Positions 19,085 to 28,172 of a DNA stretch of 64,000 nt are shown here, piece after piece (the stretch's first letter is position 1; the number at the start of each line of letters is the position of its first letter). This DNA is from Candidatus Latescibacterota bacterium (GTDB lineage: Bacteria > Latescibacterota > UBA2968 > GCA-2709665). The notes under the pieces were generated by a model. It was not told where the DNA came from. It saw only the letters and a program-made list of their open reading frames with translations, and made no database searches. The stretch lies in assembly GCA_965116875.1 (NCBI GenBank), contig OZ220733.1:3264001-3328000 (forward strand), written 5' to 3'. The translations under genes and the position numbers were made by a program.

Positions 19085-19960
19085 TTAAATGATGCGGCGG
19101 ACGATGCGGGGTTGGCGCAGGCCGTCTCCCATGTTCCAGGATTCGGTGCCGTACCTGGTTTCAACGAGAAGTTCGGCGTCGGCCGTTTCCTCGGGAGACA
19201 ACGCGGATTCGCTCAGGGTGACGTCCAGGGTCTCTTCAAAACCGCCTCGAAGGGCGTGCGCCACCCTGTTGAAGTCAGCCGGGCGGCCCGCTTCCGAAAG
19301 GGAGACGGTGTGCCGGTCCAGTTCCCGCCGAAATCTCTCCTTCAGAGGCTTGCGGCGGTCCGGCATGAGATCGATGAGACGTTTGTGTTCCGGGCCCAGA
19401 AGAAGGGAGCCGTGTTGAAGCAGTACGCCGCCCAGACGCCGCTGTGCGCTGCCGATGATTTTCCTGTCGTTGAGCGTCACTTCATACTGTGTGGTACTCG
19501 AAAAGCAGGGTGAGGTGAGGCCCTCTCCACGAGGAGACGAGACCGGAGTACGCCGCGGCTCGAACCGGGCGTCCACGCCGAGGAGTCGCAGGCTTGCAAC
19601 CAGGCAGGCGCTGATTTTCCGGTAGGACTCCTGAATGGAGCCGCCCAGCAGCGGGTCGTCGGCGCGGCAGGTGACGCTGTACGTGAGTTCGTTCCAATGA
19701 AGGACGGCGCGCCCGCCGCTCGGCCGGCGGACAAGCTGGATACCGCGCTGCCGGCATCGGTCCGCGTCGACTTCACGGCCGATCCTCTGGGCGTAGCCGA
19801 AAGAGACGGCGGGCGGCGTCCAGCCGAACGTCCGGACCGTGGGTGGCGACGTATCCCCCTCAACGCCGCGCACAATGGCTTCGTCCACGGCCATATTGAA
19901 GAAGGCGTTTCCCGACCCGGTGTTCAGGAAACGCCACGGACGCGATCCGGTTTTCCGCAT
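19085..19960 (-). CDS. Lipoate-protein ligase / octanoyltransferase (LplA/LipM family)
   Basis: NMAVDEA, VSFGYAQ, VRRPSGGRAVLH, RKIIGSAQ, LLQHGS. Confidence 0.88.
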   Translation of the reverse strand: MRKTGSRPWRFLNTGSGNAFFNMAVDEAIVRGVEGDTSPPTVRTFGWTPPAVSFGYAQRIGREVDADRCRQRGIQLVRRPSGGRAVLHWNELTYSVTCRADDPLLGGSIQESYRKISACLVASLRLLGVDARFEPRRTPVSSPRGEGLTSPCFSSTTQYEVTLNDRKIIGSAQRRLGGVLLQHGSLLLGPEHKRLIDLMPDRRKPLKERFRRELDRHTVSLSEAGRPADFNRVAHALRGGFEETLDVTLSESALSPEETADAELLVETRYGTESWNMGDGLRQPRIVRRII

Positions 19961-19963
19961 GAA

Positions 19964-20713
19964 TCAGGAGACTCCCAGCTTCTGCAACGCCTCTTTCGCG
20001 GCCATCTGTTGTGCCTCTTTCTTGCTTCGCCCCTTTCCGAAGCCCATTCGTTCGCCGGCGATCAACACCTCGACACTGAACGTCTTGTGGTGGTCCGGCC
20101 CCTCTTCGGAACTGACCAGGTAGCGGGGGTGTCCCCGGCCTTCGCCCTGCGTATGCTCCAGAAGGACGCTCTTGAAGTTGAGATAGCTGCTATTGGCGAC
20201 AATTGGATCGATATTGCTCAGGAGGTGGCTCTGAACGACAGTGTCCGCGGCCTTGAGCCCGCCGTCGAGATAGACGGCGCCCAGAATTGCCTCGAAAGTA
20301 TCTCCGATGATCGACGTCCGGTCTCTCCCTCCCGCCAGATCCTCTTCCTTGCTGAGCAGGACGTGGTGGCCGAGTCCGATCGCGCGGCCCCGTTGTGCGA
20401 GAATGACTTTGCTGACGAGGACCGACTTGATCTGCGTGAGGTCGCCTTCACGTTTGTTTTGAAACTTCCGATACAGGTTCTCCGTGACCAGCAGGTCCAG
20501 TACGGCGTCGCCGAGAAACTCGAGCCGTTCGTTCGACGCGATGCTTCCTTCGCCAACGGCGTAGGCGTAGGAGCGGTGTTTGATCGCCTGCACAAGGAGA
20601 TCGGGATCCGAAAAACGATAGCCGAGTTTTTCCTGGAGACTTTCCGGGGTATGCGCTGCCCGGTCGCGCCCGAGCCAGCGTGCAACCGTATGTCTGATTC
20701 TGACAAGTCCGAT
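19964..20713 (-). CDS. rnc: Ribonuclease III (start uncertain; probably ATC at 20713)
   Basis: NERLEFLGDAVL, DTFEAILGAVYLDGG, C-terminal dsRBD; conserved LQEKLGYRFSDPDLL lies upstream of the ORF-track GTG (20593). Confidence 0.9.
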   Translation of the reverse strand: MGLVRIRHTVARWLGRDRAAHTPESLQEKLGYRFSDPDLLVQAIKHRSYAYAVGEGSIASNERLEFLGDAVLDLLVTENLYRKFQNKREGDLTQIKSVLVSKVILAQRGRAIGLGHHVLLSKEEDLAGGRDRTSIIGDTFEAILGAVYLDGGLKAADTVVQSHLLSNIDPIVANSSYLNFKSVLLEHTQGEGRGHPRYLVSSEEGPDHHKTFSVEVLIAGERMGFGKGRSKKEAQQMAAKEALQKLGVS

Positions 20714-20732
20714 GAGCTTTACCCTGCGGGAG

Positions 20733-21992
20733 TTATCGGCCGTCGTACCTGCGCATCGCGAGCACCGCGTTGTGCCCGCCGAACCCGAAGGAGTTGTTTA
20801 TTGCCGCACGGACCGGCATTTCCCGTGCCGTATTGGGCACGTAGTCGAGGTCGCACTCCGGATCGGGATGTTCGTAGTTGATGGTGGGTGGCACGCGGCC
20901 GTGATGGATGGCCAGGAGGCAGGCGATGCTCTCGATTGCGCCGGAGGCGCCCAGAAGATGGCCCGTCATGGATTTGGTGGAGCTGACCGCGGTTTTTTCC
21001 GCGTGATCACCCAGGACGGATTTAATGGCCGCGGTTTCGGTCCGGTCGCCTATCGGAGTCGACGTGCCGTGGGCATTGATGTAGTCCACGTCCTCCGGGT
21101 TCAATCCTGCCTGATTCAGGGCGATTCTCATCGCGCGGGCGCCGCCCTCGCCGCCCGGGGCCATGTCGGTAACGTGATATGCGTCTGCAGTGAAGCCTGC
21201 GCCGGCGATCTCGGCGTAAATCCGTGCGCCCCGCCGCCGCGCGTGTTCCAGTTCTTCGAGGATGAGCGCGCCGCACCCCTCGCCCAGCACGAATCCGTCA
21301 CGCTCCAGGTCGAATGGACGGCTGGCCCCCTGCGGGTCGTCGTTGCGCGTGGAAAGCGCCTTCATGGAAGCGAAACCCCCCAGCGACATGGCGCTGACGG
21401 CCGCTTCGGCGCCACCCGTAACCATGACGTCGGCTTCGTCGTGGCGGATCTCCCTGAAAGCGCACCCGATGGCGTGCGCGGCGGAGGAACAGGCGGACAC
21501 GGTGGTGTAGTTCGGCCCTCTGGCGCCGAGCAGGATGGAGACCTGCCCCGACGTCATGTCCGGGATCATCATGGGGATGAAGAACGGGCTGATCCGCCGT
21601 GCGCCCTTCTCGAGGAGGACGGTGTGTTGATCTTCGAACGTCCAGATACCGCCGATGCCCGAGCCGAAAATTACGCCCATCCGGTCGGAGTCTCCGGCGT
21701 CCACGTCCAGGTCGGCGTCCGTTACAGCCGTCCGCGCGCAACAGATGGCATACTGGGTGCACAGATCGTTGCGCCTGGCCAGTCTGCGGTCGAGACCGAA
21801 CCGCTCGGCGTCGAAATCCTTCAGTTCGGCTCCGAATGTAACCCGGAATCCTGTCGTATCGAATCTGCGGATGTGATCGACGCCGCTCTCTCCATTGAGC
21901 AACGCCTCCCAGTAGGCTTCGGTGTTCATTCCATTCGGCGCAAGGACGCCGAGGCCTGTGACCACAACCCTTCGGTTTCCGTTCAAGGGCAC
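20733..21992 (-). CDS. fabF: Beta-ketoacyl-ACP synthase II
   Basis: VVVTGLG, SACSS, NAHGTST, TKSMTGHLLGA, NSFGFGGHN. Confidence 0.95.
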   Translation of the reverse strand: MPLNGNRRVVVTGLGVLAPNGMNTEAYWEALLNGESGVDHIRRFDTTGFRVTFGAELKDFDAERFGLDRRLARRNDLCTQYAICCARTAVTDADLDVDAGDSDRMGVIFGSGIGGIWTFEDQHTVLLEKGARRISPFFIPMMIPDMTSGQVSILLGARGPNYTTVSACSSAAHAIGCAFREIRHDEADVMVTGGAEAAVSAMSLGGFASMKALSTRNDDPQGASRPFDLERDGFVLGEGCGALILEELEHARRRGARIYAEIAGAGFTADAYHVTDMAPGGEGGARAMRIALNQAGLNPEDVDYINAHGTSTPIGDRTETAAIKSVLGDHAEKTAVSSTKSMTGHLLGASGAIESIACLLAIHHGRVPPTINYEHPDPECDLDYVPNTAREMPVRAAINNSFGFGGHNAVLAMRRYDGR

Positions 21993-22029
21993 CTTCTCCT
22001 GATTGTCGTGTCTGCGCAGGCGCGGCCGT

Positions 22030-22272
22030 CTATTCGTTCAGGCGTTTCTTGAGATAATCCGTGACGTCGCTCACGGTCTCCAGCTTCTCGGCGTCTTCAT
22101 CGGGAACTTCCATGTCAAATTCCTCTTCGAAGGCCATCACCAGTTCGACCGTGTCGAGGGAATCCGCGCCAAGATCATCTATGAAATGGGCCTCCGGAGT
22201 TACGCTGTCGGCATCCACACCCAGCTGATCAACGATGAGATCGACGACTTTCTGCTGAATATTTTCAGCCAT
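22030..22272 (-). CDS. acpP: Acyl carrier protein
   Basis: [20 protein letters not shown]; AAGGGAG RBS. Confidence 0.97.
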   Translation of the reverse strand: MAENIQQKVVDLIVDQLGVDADSVTPEAHFIDDLGADSLDTVELVMAFEEEFDMEVPDEDAEKLETVSDVTDYLKKRLNE

Positions 22273-22292
22273 GGCAACTGTCTCCCTTTTTA

Positions 22293-22456
22293 TGAAGTTG
22301 TTTTAAAATTACCGGTGAGTTCCCGAGCGCGAGCGAAAAAGTGGCGGTCAAGGCGGGAAAACCCGCCCATATTTGTCTATACGGGTGGGTTTGACCAACG
22401 CTGACCGGCGCTTTTGCAGCCGTGCGAAGACCGCTGGGAATTTTAAGACAGCTTCT
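22293..22456. mobile_element. 164-bp MITE, copy 2, between fabG and acpP
   Basis: About 5 substitutions versus 10751-10914; left TIR slightly decayed (TGAAGTTGTTTTAAAATT). Confidence 0.9.
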
Positions 22457-22535
22457 TATTGCAAACGACGGGTCACGCCGTACGGCCCGGCGCAACTCTC
22501 CGTTCGCGTCTGGCGTCAGATTTTTCACGATTGGC

Positions 22536-23282
22536 TTACATGACCATCCCGCCGTCCACAACCAGGACCTGCCCGGTGATATACGCGGCGTCGGCGGAGG
22601 CCAGAAACGCGACCGCCGCCGCGATATCTTCGGGAGTTCCCGGCGTGCCCAGGGGGACCTGTTCAAGAATCTTCTCTTTGAGTTGTTCCGGGAGTTTTTC
22701 CGTCATTTCGGTGGGAATATATCCAGGCGCGACTACGTTGGCAGTGATGCCCCTGCTCGCCATTTCTTTGGCGGCGGTCTTTGTGAGCCCGATAAGCCCG
22801 GATTTTGCGGCGGTGTACCCGGCCTGTCCGGGGTTTCCCATCAGTCCCGTTACGGATGAGATATTGATGATCCGCCCGGACCGCGCTCTCATCATCGGTC
22901 GCACGGCGGCCTGCATACACAAAAATGCGCCCTTGAGGTTGACGTTGAGAACAGCGTCCCAGTCACCCGGTTTCAGTCGCATCAGCAAACCGTCGCGCGC
23001 AATTCCGGCATTGTTGACCAGAATGTCCAACCCGCCCCAGCGGTCCAGGACGGCCTTGAAGAGCCCGACTACGTCGGTGGCGTTCGAAACGTCCGCCTTC
23101 AGTGCAAGCGCGCTCCCGCCGCGGTTCTCGATGGCTTCGGCCACCGCCTGTGCGCTGTCGAGGCTCCGGCTGGAGCACACCGCCACTCTTGCGCCTTCTT
23201 CGGCCAGGCGGTTGGCGATGGCCTCGCCGATGCCGCGGGATCCGCCCGTAACGATCGCGGTCCTGTCCTTTAGTCGATTCAT
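22536..23282 (-). CDS. fabG: 3-oxoacyl-ACP reductase
   Basis: ATG 23282; TGGSRGIG, NNAGI, GQAGYTAAK, GQVLVVDGGM. Confidence 0.95.
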   Translation of the reverse strand: MNRLKDRTAIVTGGSRGIGEAIANRLAEEGARVAVCSSRSLDSAQAVAEAIENRGGSALALKADVSNATDVVGLFKAVLDRWGGLDILVNNAGIARDGLLMRLKPGDWDAVLNVNLKGAFLCMQAAVRPMMRARSGRIINISSVTGLMGNPGQAGYTAAKSGLIGLTKTAAKEMASRGITANVVAPGYIPTEMTEKLPEQLKEKILEQVPLGTPGTPEDIAAAVAFLASADAAYITGQVLVVDGGMVM

Positions 23283-24199
23283 ACCGTAAGACTGTCCAGG
23301 TCCTCGAGGGTTCCGACGGATGATACGGCGACCCCCTTTTCGATGCGCCGCATCAGGGCTTTCAACGTACTTCCCGGTCCGGCTTCGATGGCGCGGTCGA
23401 CGCCTTCGGCAACCAGCCGCGTCATCGAAGCCGTCCATCGGACGGGAGAGACGACCTGCCTGATGAGAAGGTCTTTGAGCAAATGCGGATCGGTCGTGGG
23501 TTCCGCCGTCGTGTTCGGCACAACCGGAACACGCGCCGCCGAGAACGGAACGTTTGCAAGGGCGCCTTCAAGCGTGCCAAGGGCGGATTGCATGAGACCC
23601 GAGTGAAAGGCGCCGCTGACCTGGAGTTCCACAACCCTCCTGGCGCCTTCGGCCGATGCCTTCTTCATGGCCCGTTTCGCGGAGGTCGGCTCGCCTGAGA
23701 TGACGACCTGACCGGGGCAGTTGAAGTTTGCGGGCACGACCACGACGCCGGGCCCCAGCGATTCGCAAATGTTCACGACCGCACCGTCCTCCAGGCCTAT
23801 GATGGCCGCCATCGTACCAGGGTGCATTTTCCCCGCCGCGTGCATGGCTCGCCCGCGGATACCCACGATCCGGACACCGTCTTCCAGGGACATGACCCCG
23901 GCGGCGACAAGGGCCGCCAGCTCTCCCACGCTGTGTCCTGCCACGAAATCCGGGTGGATGCCCCTGTCTTTCAGGATTTCGAAAACCGAGATGCTGTGCG
24001 CGAAGATGGCCGGCTGCGTGATGGCCGTCTGTTTCAGGGTTTCTTCAGGGCCGTCGAAACAGAACGTCTTCAGTCCTGTCTCGGAGATGCGGTCGGTCAG
24101 ATTGAATACGTACTGGGCGATCGGTGAGGCGCTGTAAAGATCGCTGGCCATCCCAACGTATTGCGAACCCTGGCCGGGGAATAGGAATGCTAGGGACAT
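23279..24199 (-). CDS. fabD: Malonyl-CoA:ACP transacylase
   Basis: FPGQGSQ, GHSVGE, VSGAFHS, SPVRW. Confidence 0.95.
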   Translation of the reverse strand: MSLAFLFPGQGSQYVGMASDLYSASPIAQYVFNLTDRISETGLKTFCFDGPEETLKQTAITQPAIFAHSISVFEILKDRGIHPDFVAGHSVGELAALVAAGVMSLEDGVRIVGIRGRAMHAAGKMHPGTMAAIIGLEDGAVVNICESLGPGVVVVPANFNCPGQVVISGEPTSAKRAMKKASAEGARRVVELQVSGAFHSGLMQSALGTLEGALANVPFSAARVPVVPNTTAEPTTDPHLLKDLLIRQVVSPVRWTASMTRLVAEGVDRAIEAGPGSTLKALMRRIEKGVAVSSVGTLEDLDSLTV

Positions 24200-24257
24200 G
24201 ACGGTCCAGATACGTTTCTGCTTGTGGATTCCAACCACCGGCTCCCAGATGAGTGCA

Positions 24258-25253
24258 TCAGTACGCCCACTTCAACAGGGCGCTTCCCCACGTATAGCCG
24301 GCCCCGGCGCTTGCCAGTACAATATAGTCACCCTGCTTCACCCGGTCCTGTTCAACCGCTTCGGAAAGGGCGATGGGGATTGTGCCGCATGTCGTGTTCG
24401 CATATTTATCGATGTTGACCAGTACGCGTTCGGGAGCCAGCTTCATCCGGCGTGCCGTTGCGTCGATGATGCGCTTATTCGCCTGGTGTGGTACCAGCAG
24501 GGCGATATCGTTGCCGCTGAGGCCGTTTCGTTCCAGCAAATCCGCCGAAACCGCCGCCATGCTGCTGCTGGCGAACTTGAGCACGCGAGGCCCGTCCTGG
24601 TGAACGAAATGCATTTTCCTGTCGATCGTCTCGTGGCTTGCGGGATGCAGGCTGCCGCCGGCCGGCTGGCATAGATACTGGCCGCCGGATCCGTCCACGT
24701 TGAGGATAAAGTCCAGGACGCCGGCACCGGTCTCGTCGGGTTCCAGAAGGACTGCCCCCGCGCCGTCCCCGAACAGGACGCAGGTTTCCCGGTTGGTGTA
24801 GTCGACGACGGAACTCATTTTGTCGGAGCCGATGACCACCACTTTCCTGTGGGCTCCGCTTTCGATAAACTGGCCGCCTACGACCAGGGCGTAGAGGAAC
24901 CCGCAGCAGGCTGCGGAAAGGTCGAACCCCCACGCGTTGTCGGCCCCCACGTCGTTCTGAACCAGGCAGGCGGTAGCCGGATACACCATGTCCGGCGTCA
25001 CCGTTGCAACGATAATCAGGTCGATTTCACTGGCGTCCAGACCCTTTTGTTCGAGCAGGGATTCCATCGCGCCGGTAGCCATGTGAGAGGCACCCAGGCC
25101 GTCATCGAGGATGCGGCGTTCTGCAATACCCGTTCGTGATCGAATCCATTCGTCCGAGGTATCCACGATCTTTTCAAGGTCGGCATTCGTCAGCCGGCGT
25201 TCGGGGAGAAAGCGGGAGACACCGGTGACGGAAGCATGGACTTTTTTGTTCAT
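24258..25253 (-). CDS. fabH: Beta-ketoacyl-ACP synthase III
   Basis: DTSDEWIRSRTGI, AACCGF, FGDGAGA, PHQANKRI, ANT. Confidence 0.93.
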   Translation of the reverse strand: MNKKVHASVTGVSRFLPERRLTNADLEKIVDTSDEWIRSRTGIAERRILDDGLGASHMATGAMESLLEQKGLDASEIDLIIVATVTPDMVYPATACLVQNDVGADNAWGFDLSAACCGFLYALVVGGQFIESGAHRKVVVIGSDKMSSVVDYTNRETCVLFGDGAGAVLLEPDETGAGVLDFILNVDGSGGQYLCQPAGGSLHPASHETIDRKMHFVHQDGPRVLKFASSSMAAVSADLLERNGLSGNDIALLVPHQANKRIIDATARRMKLAPERVLVNIDKYANTTCGTIPIALSEAVEQDRVKQGDYIVLASAGAGYTWGSALLKWAY

Positions 25254-25308
25254 AGGCAAGAATTGGGATTCAGGAAACGACGAACAGAAAATCTGCCGGC
25301 TACGGCAA

Positions 25309-25491
25309 TCAGACGCTTTCGCCTTCGGTTACCTCGCGGCCGTTGTATTGTCCGCAGTTGGAGCAGACCCGGTGAGGCCTGCGCGGCTGGCCGCAGTTCG
25401 GACAGTCGGAGAAAGCGGGTCTCGAAAGCTTCCAGTGGGTACGTCGCTTGCCGGTTCTGGAATTGGAGCTTCTGCGTTTCGGGTGCGCCAT
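25309..25491 (-). CDS. rpmF: 50S ribosomal protein L32 (Zn-binding C+ form)
   Basis: MAHPKRR...CPNCG...[11 protein letters not shown]. Confidence 0.95.
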   Translation of the reverse strand: MAHPKRRSSNSRTGKRRTHWKLSRPAFSDCPNCGQPRRPHRVCSNCGQYNGREVTEGESV

Positions 25492-25505
25492 TTTGAAATG
25501 CTCCT

Positions 25506-26018
25506 TCAGGACTCGTCTTTAAATGCTCTCAGGGCTTCCCAACGGGGGTCGGTTTCTGATGACGAACAGTTGCACTGTGTCTGGTTGAGGTTCTCTCCGC
25601 AGATTGGGCAAAGCCCCTCGCAGGACGTCTTGCACAGGGGGTTCAACGGCATTTCCAACAGGATATAGTCCTTTATTTCTTCGCCAAGGTCCACCTTGTC
25701 TCCGGATTCATCCAGCCATATCATCGTTTCGTCTTCATCATCCCTCATGGACTCGGGACGATTTTTCTGAAAGACGAACTTGAAATCGGAGGAGAGGGAG
25801 AACGATACGGGTTCCAGGCAGCGAACGCACTCGAGCCGAAGGTCGGCATTCGTCCGGCCGCTTGCCGATATGGACTCGCCGATCTTGACGAACTCGATTC
25901 GCGTCCTTATTGGACCCGCGAATTGCAGGTCCTCATCCTGGATATGCAACTCTTCCGGGGTTTCCTCCCAGTCCAGGCTGGCCTTGCCTTCTTCGAGTTC
26001 GTTGAGCGCAATAATCAT
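25506..26018 (-). CDS. yceD: DUF177/YceD family protein
   Basis: [29 protein letters not shown]; adjacent to rpmF. Confidence 0.9.
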   Translation of the reverse strand: MIIALNELEEGKASLDWEETPEELHIQDEDLQFAGPIRTRIEFVKIGESISASGRTNADLRLECVRCLEPVSFSLSSDFKFVFQKNRPESMRDDEDETMIWLDESGDKVDLGEEIKDYILLEMPLNPLCKTSCEGLCPICGENLNQTQCNCSSSETDPRWEALRAFKDES

Positions 26019-26051
26019 CGATATTTCCGACGTGGACGACTTGCGTCTGTT

Positions 26052-26468
26052 CTATACGCGTTCGCCGAAGAAAAAGGCGATCTCCCAGGTCGCGGTTTCA
26101 AGCGAGTCTGACGCGTGTACGGCGTTACGCTGGACGGTCGTGCCGAAATCTCTGCGAATGGTGCCTTCTGCCGCTTTCGCTGAATCGGTGACGCCTATGA
26201 TTTCGCGAAGCACCGACACCGCGTCTTCCCGTTCCAGCGCGAGCGGGACAACGGGACCCGAAGACATGAAGTCGATCAGGCCGTCAAAAAAAGGTTGTCC
26301 CTCGTGTACAGCGTAGAACCGGGTGGCCTCCTCACGCGTGAACCGCGTCATTCTCATCCGTCGAACCTTGAACCCCTTGCCTTCCACACGTTTCAGTATG
26401 GCGCCGATGACATTCCGGGAAACCGCGTCCGGCTTGATGATCAACAATGTTCGTTCCTGCATCGACAC
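26052..26468 (-). CDS. ndk: Nucleoside-diphosphate kinase
   Basis: ERTLLIIKPDAV, FYAVHEGQPFF, GTIRRDFG, NAVHASDS. Confidence 0.96.
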   Translation of the reverse strand: MSMQERTLLIIKPDAVSRNVIGAILKRVEGKGFKVRRMRMTRFTREEATRFYAVHEGQPFFDGLIDFMSSGPVVPLALEREDAVSVLREIIGVTDSAKAAEGTIRRDFGTTVQRNAVHASDSLETATWEIAFFFGERV

Positions 26469-26525
26469 CCGCGCTTTCCGTCCGGCTCCTGGAGGGCGAT
26501 TTCGCGTATCACGCTGAAGATGAAG

Positions 26526-26554
26526 AAGATAGATTTTCTCCGGGGATTTGTCAA
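26526..26554 (-). promoter_or_regulatory. Sigma70-type promoter for the ndk-fab run
   Basis: Minus strand TTGACA-17 bp-TATCTT, about 60 bp upstream of ndk. Confidence 0.65.
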
Positions 26555-26574
26555 TATCAAACTTCGATTTTGCG

Positions 26575-26803
26575 CAGTCAGCCGTCAGCCATCAGCGGTC
26601 GGGAAACAAGCTATCAGCAGTCAGCCGTCAGCTAAAGACGAAAAGCAAAACCAAGATCCACCGCTCCTCACCGCCCAGACCTCTCTCCCCGGCCCTCTTG
26701 GAAGCAGCTATCAGCCGTCAGCGGTCAGCAGTCAGCTAAAGGCGAAAGTCAAGGTCCAAAGCAAACCATCCGCCCGGCCCCGCAGACCTCTCTCCCCGGC
26801 CCT
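26575..26803. repeat. Heptamer tandem blocks (GCNNTCA) plus a 73-bp module repeated at 27794-27866
   Basis: GCCGTCA/GCCATCA/GCTATCA/GCAGTCA runs; 26731-26803 is identical to 27794-27866. Confidence 0.85.
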
Positions 26804-26810
26804 TCAGAAA

Positions 26811-26940
26811 CGGGGAGACGGGAGAGGGGAGAGGGGAGAGATTGCCTGCCTCGTGAGGCTTCTTCTCGTGCCGGAGGCAAGAAGATTAACCTACCGGGCA
26901 AGGATTTCTTCTAACGTCTTCCGTCTACCCTCTACCCGCC
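26811..26940. repeat. Dispersed ~130-bp element family B, copy 1
   Basis: GAGACG/GAGAGG heptamers, core GAGAGATT.CCTGCC..GTGAGG..TGCCGGAGGCAAG..GGCAAGGA, inverse CGTCT heptamers; related copies at 30599 and 62731. Confidence 0.75.
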
Positions 26941-26947
26941 TTTATGC

Positions 26948-27272
26948 GACCTCTCTCCCCGGCCCTCTCTCCTAAAGGAAAGAGGGAGAAAGGAAAGGCG
27001 TCGCGTGCCTGTCATCCATAGATACTCTGATTTTCAAGGAAACGCCGCCGGTTTTCCGCTCTCCTCAGCAATCCGCTTCCATTCGATTCTTGCGAGAGTC
27101 CGATTGCAGAAGTGACAGACGTCAAAGTTACCGCTACTTCTTCCTTTTTCTCCCTTCCTCCAGGAAGGGGGTCAGGAGGTAGGTCCAGTGAGGTTTCCTC
27201 TCATGCCGCAGGCAAGGGGGAATAAGATGTCCGGCAAGGATAACTTCTGCCGTCTCACCTCTCCCGTCTCAC
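26948..27272. repeat. ~325-bp direct repeat, copy 1 (REPIN-like unit plus half of element B)
   Basis: Near-identical to 27848-28172 at exactly 900-bp offset; imperfect inverted ends GACCTCTCTCCCC.. / ..GGTAGGTC. Confidence 0.9.
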
Positions 27273-27623
27273 CGCCTTTTGGGTTTTCTTCAACGCCGAT
27301 CTGAGATGGTAACCCGCCGCCGCGGCCAGCGCCCCGACAAGGCCTCCGATCAACGCCGTGAGTACAACGAGCAGAGATGGATCCGAAAGGTCGGCAATGC
27401 CGGCAATCTTCGCGGTGAGAATGCCGCCGGATTTCAGATGGATATAGCTGGCGGCGGCCGCCCACAGGATCCCTGCGCCGCTGAAACCCGCGCCCAGCGC
27501 TTTCCACGCTGTGGGCGCCTTCCAGAGACCGGCCGCGAATCCCGCCGCGCCGATTCCCCACCACGGCAGCGCCATGCCGGCGATCAGCCCGAATATGAGG
27601 ACGTATATAGCGGTTGAAATCAT
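27255..27623 (-). CDS. Small hypothetical membrane protein
   Basis: 122 aa, 3-4 hydrophobic helices, LPWW motif; sits next to the penicillin acylase gene. Confidence 0.7.
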   Translation of the reverse strand: MISTAIYVLIFGLIAGMALPWWGIGAAGFAAGLWKAPTAWKALGAGFSGAGILWAAAASYIHLKSGGILTAKIAGIADLSDPSLLVVLTALIGGLVGALAAAAGYHLRSALKKTQKAVRRER

Positions 27624-27627
27624 AAAG

Positions 27628-27802
27628 AAGCTGTCAGCGGTCAGCCATCAGCCGTCAGCTAAACCGGCTAGCGATACGGATCGGCAATATTCATGGGCGA
27701 TACCCGCGCCCGTATTGGATCTGTAGGGGCGACCGGCCGGTCGTCCGCCGTTCTACCATCAGCGGTCGGGAAACCAGCGATCAGCCATCAGCCGTCAGCT
27801 AA
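27628..27802. repeat. Heptamer block plus GTAG-type REP (GTAGGGGCGACCGGCCGGTCG); related to 33270-33382
   Basis: Shared GCGATACGGATCGGCAATAT and palindrome CGACCGGCCGGTCG at both loci. Confidence 0.75.
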
Positions 27803-27847
27803 AGGCGAAAGTCAAGGTCCAAAGCAAACCATCCGCCCGGCCCCGCA

Positions 27848-28172
27848 GACCTCTCTCCCCGGCCCTCTCTCCTAAAGGAAAGAGGGAGAAAGGAAAGGCG
27901 TCGCGTGCCGGTCATCGAAAGACACTCTGATTTTCAAGGAAACGCCGCCGGTTTTTCGCTCTCCTCAGCAATCCGCTTCCATTCGATTCTTGCGAGAGTC
28001 CGATTGCAGAAGTGACAGACGTCAAAGTTACCGCTACTTCTTCCTTTTTCTCCCTTCCTTCAGGAAGGGGGTCAGGGGGTAGGTCCAGTGAGGTTTCCTC
28101 TCTTGCCGCAGGCAAGGAGGGATAGAATATCGGGCAAGGATATCTTCTCCCGTCTGCCCTCTCCCCTCTCAC
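27848..28172. repeat. ~325-bp direct repeat, copy 2
   Basis: Matches 26948-27272. Confidence 0.9.

Noticed and set aside
22265-22666. 133-aa ORF sharing RSCLKIPSGLRTAAKAP with the DUF6754-like protein
   Set aside because: The similarity comes from the MITE copy, not from a paralogous gene
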